Source: an uncultured Verrucomicrobiota bacterium (GTDB taxonomy: Bacteria; Verrucomicrobiota; Verrucomicrobiia; Limisphaerales; UBA1412). Taken from it: 64,000 nt of DNA. The stretch lies in assembly GCA_944389455.1 (NCBI GenBank), contig CALXMK010000006.1:54966-118965 (forward strand), in the 5' to 3' direction. The notes below the pieces were generated by a model. It was not told where the DNA came from, searched no databases, and saw only the letters and a program-made list of their open reading frames with translations. This document shows, piece by piece, positions 11,101 through 19,859 of this stretch. Position 1 is the first letter of the stretch. Every line of letters begins with the position of its first letter. Position numbers and translations under genes: made by a program.

Positions 11101-12259
11101 GCCAACCGAACTGCAGGAAGGGGTTCAGACAAATGCACTCATTGAAACACCTGTTGCTTCCGCAAGTCAGGATCACTCTCTACCTTTACCCAAAACAGAG
11201 CCAGAGGCAATCGATTTCCCTGTTAAGGATTTTGAATGCAATATTGATCTTGGTGTTGCTTATTTGCAGGAGATGTTTATGAGTAATGTAACTATGGGGG
11301 TCTTTGCTAAAACAAATGTTGTAAGTATAGAAATTGACTCTATCAATCTTAATGGAGGAGATGCTACTGCACAGATGTCGTTGGATTTAGGCAAGAAAGG
11401 CTATATTTATAGTTTAAATTATGATGCTCCTTCTATCCCGGTTGCTCCAATATTCGATTTCCTCCAATCTGACTTACCAAGCGAAATTTCAGAGGGGAGT
11501 TTTTATGCCGTAGGATCTATTAACGGTTCAGGTGTGACGGAAGCTTCTATACAAAAAAATTTAAATTTTCACACGATTGCCGGATTAACCAATATCGTAT
11601 TTAAACCGATTAATGCTACTTATCAAGTTGCTCTGAAACCGATTTTAGCCGTGTTAAGAGTAAGTGAATTAGTTTCAGCACCTATTCTGGGGGTTCAAGC
11701 TGATGTTGAAGGAATGAATGGTAATTTGACTATCAACTCTGCCAGGGTAATTACTGATTCTTTTGAGGCGGATGTAACCGGCGATATAGAAATGAATTCT
11801 GTCTTGATGGATTCACCTTTGAATTTACCGGTCACATTTTATCTTGAGGAAGGAATTGCCAAACGTTCCAATATGACATTGACACAAGCTAAGACTAACT
11901 CGGTTGGTTTTCTGGCTATGCCTCAATTTGTCACAATTAAGGGAACACCGGCAGAGTGGAAGATTGATCTCAAAGAGACTGTTATTACTGGTTTGCTTTT
12001 AAAATCTGGAGTTGGGGCTGTCTCTGATGTGGGAAGTACTGCAGACAAAATTGTTGGTAATATAGGAGGATTATTAATAGGAGATACAAACAATACGAAT
12101 GGTGTCAAAGGAATAGTCCAGGGAGTGGGAGAATTGGTAGGCATTCGTAATGGTAATGATACCAATACAGTTGATAACGATTCTACGACTAACAATACTA
12201 GTACAAATAACATAAAGAAGCATTTTGATGATCTAATTAACATTTTCAAGAATCGATGA
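8171..12259 (+). CDS. AsmA-like large periplasmic beta-rich protein (bridge-like lipid transfer family), internally duplicated
   Basis: Single N-terminal TM anchor, long amphipathic beta-strand pattern, AsmA-like C-terminus (PQFVTIKGTPAEW). Confidence 0.7.
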   Translation: MNWKKWLSLAGGAIIVLIFLAYLIFTSSFFLKRVALPIAGNFLKMEIKADSIDLDGLSKISIQNLKLTPNNEETILEAAEIQISLSSFSSPISIEEVFLDKASINIVQTPDGGNLAAVLALFSAEEEEKAPLELSLVLKNLIIQNSSVKWRMIGEDDSLMGAELKNINLTGKEIGNELNGKVSLQSILSFFMGSDCKAVPENLLSGALAADLTVPLTKEFMPGIISGGINWGFSETDGMFNPLHSHGIDLDVALSLEQIQKLVLNINKGEEQLGNIVLNGNINLSDLGGEFNYDINGVDSRLLNAFIASPKVKLDQTFISTKGSLKVYDLLNNYAIKSQTKIQELTLILDEPSPAISLESDLDLEVDLTQQLMRMNKLYAKGVIGNKEFISTELTDKLVISWAKDKMQTEIPDASFQTKFNFDLAAWEQTGLINSIINIAVKEQGTKVELVSLLKLEDVDAFGYQATGEINFENIFSVMDAGCEFAGRLDVKDLTLGRGELKLQELAFNSNHKIGISREPAIYLQNFNIAFKATDKASNKISMAGKLDMHDYSNLSFLNIDTDGVDLTPVLRWTKGLMAKLNTISAIENESLSQEAELITKKSVQEDTHSTITGINLPVKNFESKISMKHIYAEMIHIENFDLDLSIKTNDLNLTINPMKVLAGETEGSIELASKVNLEDLSVGLTYNISGIDENILNELLPVDFYRIQKVLISSKGNIQVSNSLQEFHLGLQSDVKDLLIENLNTQSLSLDSDFDLNLNLAKGTVLAEKLDFSTLLGTKEILSAGLTKPLSFSWTGGENSQINDSNWKVVFNLSADEWKALLSDPNAKGSVTGLFNLNVTESGRELTFNGNIGIDALSAGGYSASGNVKADGILNKNANDYSFTGLIDAGNFMVQGDMLDIKDFSAKTEYEFALDSEIFDIRKLVINWSPTYRAKNEIQFTGSIAYSDLSKPSRINIAAESLDFTPQLSWLKSSAQPTELQEGVQTNALIETPVASASQDHSLPLPKTEPEAIDFPVKDFECNIDLGVAYLQEMFMSNVTMGVFAKTNVVSIEIDSINLNGGDATAQMSLDLGKKGYIYSLNYDAPSIPVAPIFDFLQSDLPSEISEGSFYAVGSINGSGVTEASIQKNLNFHTIAGLTNIVFKPINATYQVALKPILAVLRVSELVSAPILGVQADVEGMNGNLTINSARVITDSFEADVTGDIEMNSVLMDSPLNLPVTFYLEEGIAKRSNMTLTQAKTNSVGFLAMPQFVTIKGTPAEWKIDLKETVITGLLLKSGVGAVSDVGSTADKIVGNIGGLLIGDTNNTNGVKGIVQGVGELVGIRNGNDTNTVDNDSTTNNTSTNNIKKHFDDLINIFKNR

Positions 12260-13632
12260 ATAAAATAACTCCTATAGAATACTTTCATAAAAATCGAGAG
12301 AGAATGCTCGAAGAACTTAAAGAGCTTCTCCGAATTCCCAGTGTTTCAGCTCAACCTTTTTATAAAGATGATGTAAAACGGTGTGCTGACTGGTTGATAA
12401 ACCACTGCAAAAAAATAGGTCTAATTGCAGAGAAGAGAGAAACAGAAGGCAATCCTCTTGTCTTGGCTCGCACTCCGGGGTATAAAGAAGCAAAATATCG
12501 TTATTTGGTTTATGGACATTATGATGTTCAACCTCCGGAACCGTTAGAATTATGGACCAAAACAAAGAATCCTTTTTCTCCAGTCATTGCTGATGGAAAT
12601 ATTTATGGAAGAGGGACTGCGGATGATAAAGCCCAGCTTTTTATGCATTTAAAAGCTGTTGAATGCTTTTTGGCAACAGGAACCCCATTGCCATGCGGTA
12701 TTTCTTTTCTCTTTGAAGGAGAAGAGGAGATTGGAAGTCGATCTCTTGAGACTTTTTTACAAAAACATGCAGAGGATCTTTCCTGCGATTTGGTTATCAT
12801 ATCCGATACAGGGATGCCAGCTCTTAATTGTCCGGCAGTTACTTGTGGATTAAGAGGTGTTTTGGCTCTGGAAGTCACTTTGACTGGACCTAATAGAGAT
12901 TTACATTCTGGAATACATGGAGGTGCGGTCCAAAATCCGGCTCATGTTCTTTGTTCTATGATAGCTGCTCTTCATGATCAAGATGGGAAAGTAACTGTGC
13001 CGGGATTCTATGATGAGGTCTGCAATCTTACTGAGTTTGAGAAAAAGCAATTTCTAAATCTGCCTTATAATGATGAAGAATACAAGAAGAGTCTTGGAGT
13101 GGAAGAGCTTTTTGGAGAGAAAGGGTATACTTCTACAGAACGCAGAATGGCTCGTCCTACTTTGGAAGTCAATGGTTTAACAAGCGGATATCAAGGGAAA
13201 GGAGGAAAAACTATTATTCCATCTACTGCATCAGCTAAAATTACCTGTCGGACTGTGCCAAATCAAGATGCTAAGAGTCTCCAGAATAAGGTTTGTGCTT
13301 ATTTAGAAAAAATTTGTCCTAAAACGGTTTCAATTAAAATAGAAAAGGAACAGGCTGGGAATGCTTATTTGATTGATCCCGCTGGTAAATCTGTTTCCGC
13401 TGCTATTCGTGCTTTAGAAAAGGCATTTGGATGCAAAGCAACCATTATGAGAGAAGGGGGATCTATTCCAATAGTTGTTGATTTTAAAAATTATCTTAAG
13501 GCGGATTCGTTGCTCATAGGGCTGAGTTTGCCAGATGATAATGCTCATTCTCCAAATGAAAAATTCAGTTTGGAATGCTTTGATAAAGGGATTGAGACAA
13601 GTATCTATCTTTGGAATGAATTAGTTTCTTAA
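12256..13632 (+). CDS. M20 family dipeptidase
   Basis: YGHYDVQP, GRGTADDK, EGEEEIGS, DLHSG, GGSIP, NAHSPNE. Confidence 0.92.
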   Translation: MNKITPIEYFHKNRERMLEELKELLRIPSVSAQPFYKDDVKRCADWLINHCKKIGLIAEKRETEGNPLVLARTPGYKEAKYRYLVYGHYDVQPPEPLELWTKTKNPFSPVIADGNIYGRGTADDKAQLFMHLKAVECFLATGTPLPCGISFLFEGEEEIGSRSLETFLQKHAEDLSCDLVIISDTGMPALNCPAVTCGLRGVLALEVTLTGPNRDLHSGIHGGAVQNPAHVLCSMIAALHDQDGKVTVPGFYDEVCNLTEFEKKQFLNLPYNDEEYKKSLGVEELFGEKGYTSTERRMARPTLEVNGLTSGYQGKGGKTIIPSTASAKITCRTVPNQDAKSLQNKVCAYLEKICPKTVSIKIEKEQAGNAYLIDPAGKSVSAAIRALEKAFGCKATIMREGGSIPIVVDFKNYLKADSLLIGLSLPDDNAHSPNEKFSLECFDKGIETSIYLWNELVS

Positions 13633-13696
13633 AACATATTCTAAGTTTAGAATGGCAATTATTTTTTAATTAACGAAATATAATATTAGGGAATTT

Positions 13697-13737
13697 GCTC
13701 TAGGAGTTTATTTAAGAAATACTTCTAGAGCTTTTTT
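13697..13737 (+). terminator. Intrinsic terminator
   Basis: GCTCTAGGAGT...ACTTCTAGAGC stem followed by T6, downstream of the peptidase gene. Confidence 0.7.
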
Positions 13738-13833
13738 GTGGAATTATAACTTTTATTTTCATTATATTAGCTTATATTATTAAATAAGAAATTATTAAAA
13801 GATATCTTAATTTCGAATAAAATTTTTATAATC

Positions 13834-13861
13834 TTGACACCGTGAATAAAAACACTATGAT
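13834..13861 (+). promoter_or_regulatory. Putative sigma70 promoter of the prepilin-like gene
   Basis: TTGACA-16 nt-TATGAT, 12 nt before the ATG, preceded by very AT-rich DNA. Confidence 0.6.
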
Positions 13862-13873
13862 GAAACTACTGTT

Positions 13874-14692
13874 ATGATTACTCAATTGAAAAAAGATACA
13901 AATAAGGGTTTTACGCTGATAGAACTATTGGTGGTAATCGCGATTATAGCAATTCTTGCTGGAATGCTTTTACCGGCTCTTTCGAAAGCCAAAGATAAAG
14001 CTCAGCGCACCACCTGTGTTAATAACTATAAGCAGATTCTCCTGGCCATGAATATGTTTGCCAATGATAATTCTGATGAATTGCCTTGGCCCAATTGGGA
14101 TCCTGCTGATATGGCTGGTAGACCAACAGGATGGTTATTTGCCTATGGAAATGCCAATATGTCTAAGAGAGATGACGGACGCCAATCCCTGACTAGCCAA
14201 TTGGCTTTGGAACGGGCCCGTACTAATTACGCGGCAGGGAAGTATTGGCAATACATTAATGCGCAAAAGGTCTACCAATGCCCCAAAGATGGACCTCACA
14301 ATAGCACCATGTTTTGGACTAGGCCCAACCAACTTTCTACGTATGTGATGAATGGTGCTTTGTGTCATTTTGGAGAAAGAGATTCTTCTTATAAAATTTC
14401 TGCTTTCAGACCGACTGCCTATTGTATGTGGGAGCCAGATGCTACATTGGATGAGGATCCAAACAGAGGAGTTAGTGTCTATAATGATGGATCAAGTTTT
14501 CCAAATCCTTCTACTGGAGAAGGGATTAATACCTGGCATGGGAATGGAGGAATTGTAGGAAATTTTTCCGGTTCTTCTTCGTACATTTCAAAAGAAGAAT
14601 TCGTTCGTGAGGGCAGCTATGCGCCAAGTTTGCTGTGGTGTGTTCCAAATGCAACCTATGGAGGAGCCAAAGATCAATATGGTAATTTTTAA
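13874..14692 (+). CDS. Prepilin-type N-terminal cleavage/methylation domain protein (PVC-expanded DUF1559-like family)
   Basis: KG|[43 protein letters not shown] and a C-terminal H-X9-(S)G motif. Confidence 0.9.
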   Translation: MITQLKKDTNKGFTLIELLVVIAIIAILAGMLLPALSKAKDKAQRTTCVNNYKQILLAMNMFANDNSDELPWPNWDPADMAGRPTGWLFAYGNANMSKRDDGRQSLTSQLALERARTNYAAGKYWQYINAQKVYQCPKDGPHNSTMFWTRPNQLSTYVMNGALCHFGERDSSYKISAFRPTAYCMWEPDATLDEDPNRGVSVYNDGSSFPNPSTGEGINTWHGNGGIVGNFSGSSSYISKEEFVREGSYAPSLLWCVPNATYGGAKDQYGNF

Positions 14693-14720
14693 GTTTTAAT
14701 TATCTTCAATAGGAGAAGAG

Positions 14721-14749
14721 GGCACTGTTTTATCAACAGTGCCTTTTTT
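14721..14749 (+). terminator. Intrinsic terminator
   Basis: GGCACTGTT-loop-AACAGTGCC followed by T6. Confidence 0.8.
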
Positions 14750-14833
14750 AATGTAGATTTCCATTTTTTAGGTGTTTAATTAAAAAAAATAAATTAAACT
14801 GATCTCTCTGTTTTACAGAGGTAAATAGGGCAA

Positions 14834-16069
14834 GTGAATCCCAAAAGTACATTTTTTAAGCAAAGTTGTTGGATGATTATTTCAACAACTATAGGAGGAA
14901 TTTTGATGTGGAGTGTTCATCGCATCGCCAGTGAATATCTTCCTCAGTCTGAATATGGAACTTTAGGTATGTTCTTGAGATGCTTAAATTTAATCACTAT
15001 TCCAGCCTGTGGATTACAAACCGCTTTTGCCAGGCAAACAGCTATTTCACTTACAGATACAGAGCGGTCCCATCTTAGTTATTTGATCTCTCAAATCTCA
15101 AAATATATAATTATCTTATGGATAGTTTGCATGTTAGGAGTATGTTGTTGCTTTCATCCTATTATTGAGATTCTTAAACTCTCAGAGAGTTTTGTTTTTT
15201 TTGCTGGAGTGACGTCTCTTTTAATTCTTTTGCGTCCAATTGGAATTGGGGTGCTGCAGGGAGAGCAGAACTTTCTTTGGATTGGGTGGACTCAAATTCT
15301 CGATGGAGCTATCCGTTTGGGAACAATTTCTCTGATTTTGATTTTTTTTGCAAGAACTGCGGCCTCTTCACTCATTGGAGTTTTAGGAGGAGTCGTCGTT
15401 TGTATCGCAATTTGTTTATGGAAAATTTATCCCTTATATATGCACCCTCGGAAGAAATGTTCTATTTCTCGCTGGTGTTTAGATCTGATACCGATCACTC
15501 TTGGAACTGGAATCCCTCTTTTTATGATCAGTGCAGATACACTGATTGTACAAGCAGTCTTTTCGGATAAAGAAATTGCCATTTATGCCGCTGCCGGTAT
15601 TGTTACTCAGGCCCTGATTTTCTTTACAATTCCAGTTACTTCCGTCATGTTTCCCAAGATAGCTCGCAATACTGCGTATGGTAACAGAACATCTGTCTTT
15701 TTTCTGGGATTAGGATTAACTGCCGCTTTGACAGGAAGCGTTGTTTTGGGAGTATTTCTGTTTCCGAAATTGCCTATTCAAATTATGTTTTCAAGCGAGT
15801 TTCTGCCTGCAGCAGAATTGCTTCCATGGTTTGCTTTATCAATGTTTCCTTTGGCATTAACGACCGTATTGATTAACAATCTATTAGCAACAGGGAAATA
15901 TGTATGCGTTTATTGGCTTTGGGGAATTGCCGCTATTTACATTTGCGTCTTAATTCTAAAGCATGATTCTCTCCAGCAAGTTATTGCTATTATAGGAGGA
16001 TTTAATCTCATTATGCTTGGGGTTGTAATTTACTTTAATCTCCGATCTGTTCTTCTAAAGAATAATTAG
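14834..16069 (+). CDS. Oligosaccharide flippase (Wzx/MOP superfamily) membrane protein
   Basis: About 12 TM segments; LPQSEYG, GVLQGEQNF, ADTLIVQ and YAAAG...VMFPKI motifs. Confidence 0.75.
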   Translation: MNPKSTFFKQSCWMIISTTIGGILMWSVHRIASEYLPQSEYGTLGMFLRCLNLITIPACGLQTAFARQTAISLTDTERSHLSYLISQISKYIIILWIVCMLGVCCCFHPIIEILKLSESFVFFAGVTSLLILLRPIGIGVLQGEQNFLWIGWTQILDGAIRLGTISLILIFFARTAASSLIGVLGGVVVCIAICLWKIYPLYMHPRKKCSISRWCLDLIPITLGTGIPLFMISADTLIVQAVFSDKEIAIYAAAGIVTQALIFFTIPVTSVMFPKIARNTAYGNRTSVFFLGLGLTAALTGSVVLGVFLFPKLPIQIMFSSEFLPAAELLPWFALSMFPLALTTVLINNLLATGKYVCVYWLWGIAAIYICVLILKHDSLQQVIAIIGGFNLIMLGVVIYFNLRSVLLKNN

Positions 16070-16076
16070 GATAAAA

Positions 16077-16289
16077 TTACATCCATTCTCTATTATGATA
16101 GAGCCAGAGACAAAGTCCCAGTAGTGAGGCAAGAAGAATTCCTGTGAGAAAAGCTATCAGCTGTGTGTTCCGTCTCCATTTTTTGGCCCCGCGCCCTTGT
16201 CCGGGCAGGAGGTAGTAACGGTCTGCTTCTCTTTTTTTTCTTTTTTCTGCCTCTCGTTCGCTTAATCTGTTTTCTCTGGAAGTCCCCAT
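16077..16289 (-). CDS. Small membrane protein, C-terminal TM helix
   Basis: Basic N-terminus, RYYLLPGQG motif, one TM; same strand and 15 nt downstream of the DUF1844 gene. Confidence 0.7.
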   Translation of the reverse strand: MGTSRENRLSEREAEKRKKREADRYYLLPGQGRGAKKWRRNTQLIAFLTGILLASLLGLCLWLYHNREWM

Positions 16290-16304
16290 AGTACAGTTGT
16301 GGTA

Positions 16305-16787
16305 TTAGTATTTTTTGGAAAATCTTTTACGAGAATCATCATTATCCGAAGAATTTCCTGATAGAGCTGTTTTATCTGATTCTGAAGGAGATACAATCGA
16401 TTCAGATTGAACTAATGGAGCGGTTTGAGAAGAGGATTCCGAGAGATTCTCCTGACTCATTTGCTTTTCTGTATGCCTTTTCTCGAGAGTTTCGATTGTA
16501 TGCTGAAAAATATCGTGGAGTTTTTCTATGCTTTCCGTAATTAATTTCTCCTCTTTCGAAGATAAATTGCCTTTTGTCTTCACCTCAAGCATTTCCAGAT
16601 TTGCAATCAAGATTTGAGCTGTATCCAAATCGAGAATTCTCTGACCACTGTTTGGATCTGGAATTTGGCCCAAAGCAAAAAGAGCTGTCCGCGTTTGTTG
16701 GACAACAAGATTGCAAAACATGTTTTCCATAATTTGCTGTTCCGACATATCCTCTTCAGGTGAGGTATAAAATTGTTCTTCACTCAT
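16305..16787 (-). CDS. DUF1844 domain protein
   Basis: ALFALGQIPDP...DLDTAQILIANLEMLEVKTKGNLSSKE. Confidence 0.85.
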   Translation of the reverse strand: MSEEQFYTSPEEDMSEQQIMENMFCNLVVQQTRTALFALGQIPDPNSGQRILDLDTAQILIANLEMLEVKTKGNLSSKEEKLITESIEKLHDIFQHTIETLEKRHTEKQMSQENLSESSSQTAPLVQSESIVSPSESDKTALSGNSSDNDDSRKRFSKKY

Positions 16788-16812
16788 TTTCTGCTATTTC
16801 TAAATTTAAAAA

Positions 16813-17490
16813 TTAAAATTCATCCGGGGAATTAGGCAAGCCATATGTCCTACAAAATATCTCATTAATTATTCGAAGACGCCGATTGATAGTATATTCG
16901 TTAAGAATGATTTGACGATCTTTCCCGGGAATAATCATAGTGCTGGCAATCAGATCAGCTAAAACCCCCGGATGTTCAATCTGGTTTACATATTTTAAAA
17001 AGTCTTCCAGGGGTGTCGAAATGCACTGTGCGATTTTTGGAAAAACTCCTATGGAATTGTCATTAATATCTGATGGCAGATGAGACATCTTATTAACAAC
17101 TTCATTGACTTGACGTTTTAATTTATTAGCTAAAATATTAATATTCTCAGAGTCAAAAAAAGGCTCTTCTTCCAGCGGAGCTATTTCATAAATTGGATAG
17201 GGCCTTAAAGAAATAGGATGCTTAATTAGCATTCTTGCAAGCCCTTGTATCACAATGCGATAAGTATTATTCTGGCGAAGAGCGGCTCGAATCAATCCTA
17301 AACCAGAAATGGCACATGGAGTCTTACGTGGGGAATCTTCATTGGCAAGCACCAATAAACGAGAGGTCTCCAGCGAGTCTTTTATCAGAAGACAATGGGA
17401 AGGTCTTTTGATGAGCAAAGGATGGACGCCTCCAGGAAACAAAGTAGTTTCAGGAAGAATCATGACCGGAATGCTGCTTGGCACCTGCAC
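16813..17490 (-). CDS. Lon peptidase N-terminal substrate-binding domain protein (stand-alone)
   Basis: IPVMILPETTLFPGGVHPL, IVIQGLAR, PGVLADLIA, RQIIL...RRL; no ATPase or protease domain. Confidence 0.85.
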   Translation of the reverse strand: MQVPSSIPVMILPETTLFPGGVHPLLIKRPSHCLLIKDSLETSRLLVLANEDSPRKTPCAISGLGLIRAALRQNNTYRIVIQGLARMLIKHPISLRPYPIYEIAPLEEEPFFDSENINILANKLKRQVNEVVNKMSHLPSDINDNSIGVFPKIAQCISTPLEDFLKYVNQIEHPGVLADLIASTMIIPGKDRQIILNEYTINRRLRIINEIFCRTYGLPNSPDEF

Positions 17491-17496
17491 GTGCTG

Positions 17497-17524
17497 AGTA
17501 TAAAAAAAAATATAACAAATGCAA
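17497..17524 (-). promoter_or_regulatory. Putative promoter producing a leaderless mRNA (Lon-N gene)
   Basis: TTGCAT-16 nt-TATACT-6 nt-GTG start. Confidence 0.55.
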
Positions 17525-17576
17525 GTTGAAGTTCATTGTTGCAAAAAGTAGATAAATAAGTAAAATTCATGGCGGG

Positions 17577-18332
17577 ATGAAGGTTAAATTTGTCTTATCA
17601 GTTTTGTTGCTCGCCTGTATAGCCTTGGCAGGTTGGTTTTATATGTATCACAAAGATTCTCAGCTGCTGCAGAAGAATCTTGAAGAGGAAAATCTGGCAT
17701 TGAATAGTCAGCTTAAAGATTATACAGATCAGAACATGGATCTTAACACAAGGGTTCAAAAGCTTCAGAGCGAGCTTCAAGTTGTTCGTACGGCCAATGA
17801 GACTTTATCGAATGAATTAGTACAAACGACAGCTCGATTAAATAAAACAGAAGCGGATGCGGCTGTAGCAGCCAAAAATGCGGAGGAAGTAATTGCCCAG
17901 AAAGAACAGCAAATTTCTGGATTAAGCGATGAAAAGACAGATCTTATTACACGTTTGGCGGCTTTAGATGAATCAATCAAAAAATTAGAAGCAGAATTGA
18001 GTGATACTAGCGGCAAACTTAATATGTCGGAGAAAAATCGTGAATTCTTAGTTGTTGAACTCAAGCGTCTTCAAACAGAAAAAGCGGAGTTGGAACGCCA
18101 ACTTAACAGTATCGATTTCTTAACGGAACAAGTACGCCGCTTGAAACAAGAAACAAGTGTTTCTGGTCGCTTGGATATTGTACGAAAAGGAATTTATGGA
18201 TTCCGTAAAGGTGGCGAAAGAATGGTATTCAGCAATGATAGAGCTATTCGAAGTCTTTCTAGGACGAACTACAATTTAAATGTTGAAGTTCACCAAGATG
18301 GAGAGACAGAGGTTTCACCAGATAATCAATAG
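17577..18332 (+). CDS. Membrane-anchored coiled-coil hypothetical protein
   Basis: N-terminal TM followed by a long heptad-rich E/Q/K/L region. Confidence 0.8.
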   Translation: MKVKFVLSVLLLACIALAGWFYMYHKDSQLLQKNLEEENLALNSQLKDYTDQNMDLNTRVQKLQSELQVVRTANETLSNELVQTTARLNKTEADAAVAAKNAEEVIAQKEQQISGLSDEKTDLITRLAALDESIKKLEAELSDTSGKLNMSEKNREFLVVELKRLQTEKAELERQLNSIDFLTEQVRRLKQETSVSGRLDIVRKGIYGFRKGGERMVFSNDRAIRSLSRTNYNLNVEVHQDGETEVSPDNQ

Positions 18333-18383
18333 GATATTTATTAATAACAACATCCCAGTTTTTATCTTTTAACTTTAATGTAG

Positions 18384-18410
18384 ACGGAGCCTCTTCGGAG
18401 GCCCCGTTTT
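18384..18410 (+). terminator. Intrinsic terminator-like hairpin
   Basis: ACGGAGCCTC-TTCG-GAGGCCCCGT followed by T residues; cUUCGg tetraloop. Confidence 0.7.
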
Positions 18411-18420
18411 AATTTATCAA

Positions 18421-19230
18421 ATGGATTGGTTAATAGTCATTATTTTAGGAATTATTGAAGGAATTACAGAATTCCTTCCTATCTCATCCACAGGACATCT
18501 ATTGCTTGCACAGGCCTTTTTGCCCAAATTAGATTTTTCTCGTTCTCAGTTGGATATGTTCAATGTGCTTATTCAAAGTGGAGCAGTGCTGGCAGTGATA
18601 GTAGTATTTTATGAGCGATGCAAGCAGCTCCTTTTAGAGTGGAAAAAACCGGAAGTTTTTGACTATTTGATAAAATTAAGCGTCGCTTTTTTAATTACGG
18701 GCATCGGGGGCCTATTGCTGAAAAAATTTGGTATGTGTCTTCCAGATACAGCCGCACCTGTGGCTTGGGCAACATTTATCGGAGGATTTGTGATTTTAAT
18801 CATTGAATTTTTTATAAAAAATAAAAAACTTAAAGATTCCCTCCCGTGGCATGTTGTTATTGTATTTGGAATCGCGCAATTACTGGCGGCAGTACTTCCT
18901 GGAGCCTCTCGCAGTGGCACAACTATTCTCCTTGCTTTGGCCATGGGGACGAATCGTAAAACTGCAACAGAGTTCTCTTTTATCTTGGGTATTCCAACGT
19001 TAGTGTCGGCTGGTTGTTTGGAGTTTGTAGGCTGTCTGAGAGAAACTGGGACCGACCAGCCTTGGGGATTGCTACTTATCGGACTGATTGTTTCTGCCGT
19101 AACAGCTTTTGTTGCGGTCAAATGGCTTCTTAAATATGTTCAGTCTCATAATTTTATAGGCTTTGGTTGGTATCGTATTATAGTTGGAGGTATTATATTA
19201 ATTTGTGTTTTATCGGGTTGGGTAAAATAA
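18421..19230 (+). CDS. uppP: Undecaprenyl-diphosphate phosphatase
   Basis: GIIEGITEFLPISSTGHL, PGASRSGTT, EFSFILGIP, FGWYRI. Confidence 0.96.
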   Translation: MDWLIVIILGIIEGITEFLPISSTGHLLLAQAFLPKLDFSRSQLDMFNVLIQSGAVLAVIVVFYERCKQLLLEWKKPEVFDYLIKLSVAFLITGIGGLLLKKFGMCLPDTAAPVAWATFIGGFVILIIEFFIKNKKLKDSLPWHVVIVFGIAQLLAAVLPGASRSGTTILLALAMGTNRKTATEFSFILGIPTLVSAGCLEFVGCLRETGTDQPWGLLLIGLIVSAVTAFVAVKWLLKYVQSHNFIGFGWYRIIVGGIILICVLSGWVK

Positions 19231-19240
19231 TTATAATTTT

Positions 19241-19846
19241 ATGTTTACTGGAATTATAGAAGAAACTGGCATAATCAGAGAGATTAGAGAAGGTGAGAAG
19301 TCTTTTGAAGTAGCTATTGAGTTAAAAAAATGTGCTCAAGGAATGCTAGTAGGAGGAAGTCTTGCTGTAAATGGATGTTGTCTTACTTTAGTAAAAGTAA
19401 CTAAGAAGGATAATATTAATTTATATTGGTTTGATCTCTTAAAGGAGACCTGGATAAGAACAAATTTTCAGTATGCAAATATAGGGTCTCTGGTGAATCT
19501 AGAGCGTCCACTCCGTGCCAATAGTGAGCTAGGAGGCCATTTTGTTACTGGGCATATTGATGGTCTTGGAAAAGTAGTTCGCTGGGAACAATCAGGAAAA
19601 GATTGGCTTTTAGATATAGAGCCAAATGGAGAACTGATGAAATATATCGTCTTTAAGGGAAGTATTGCAGTAGATGGGATTAGTCTGACGGTAGCTGCTG
19701 TGGATGAGAAATCCTTCCGGATATGGATCATTCCTCATACACTAGAAATGACTGCTCTTAAAGAACGCAAACCGGGTTCATTCGTAAATTTGGAAGCGGA
19801 TATCCTTGGAAAATACGTTGAGAAATTTATGTCGGCAAGAAGATAA
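19241..19846 (+). CDS. ribE: Riboflavin synthase (alpha chain)
   Basis: MFTGII, AVNGCCLT, VNLER, GGHFVTGHID, KGSIAVDGISLTV, VNLEADILGKY. Confidence 0.96.
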   Translation: MFTGIIEETGIIREIREGEKSFEVAIELKKCAQGMLVGGSLAVNGCCLTLVKVTKKDNINLYWFDLLKETWIRTNFQYANIGSLVNLERPLRANSELGGHFVTGHIDGLGKVVRWEQSGKDWLLDIEPNGELMKYIVFKGSIAVDGISLTVAAVDEKSFRIWIIPHTLEMTALKERKPGSFVNLEADILGKYVEKFMSARR

Positions 19847-19859
19847 AAGAGAAACTCAG

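Noticed and set aside
19200-19241. FMN riboswitch before riboflavin synthase
   Set aside because: Only 10 nt of intergenic space.
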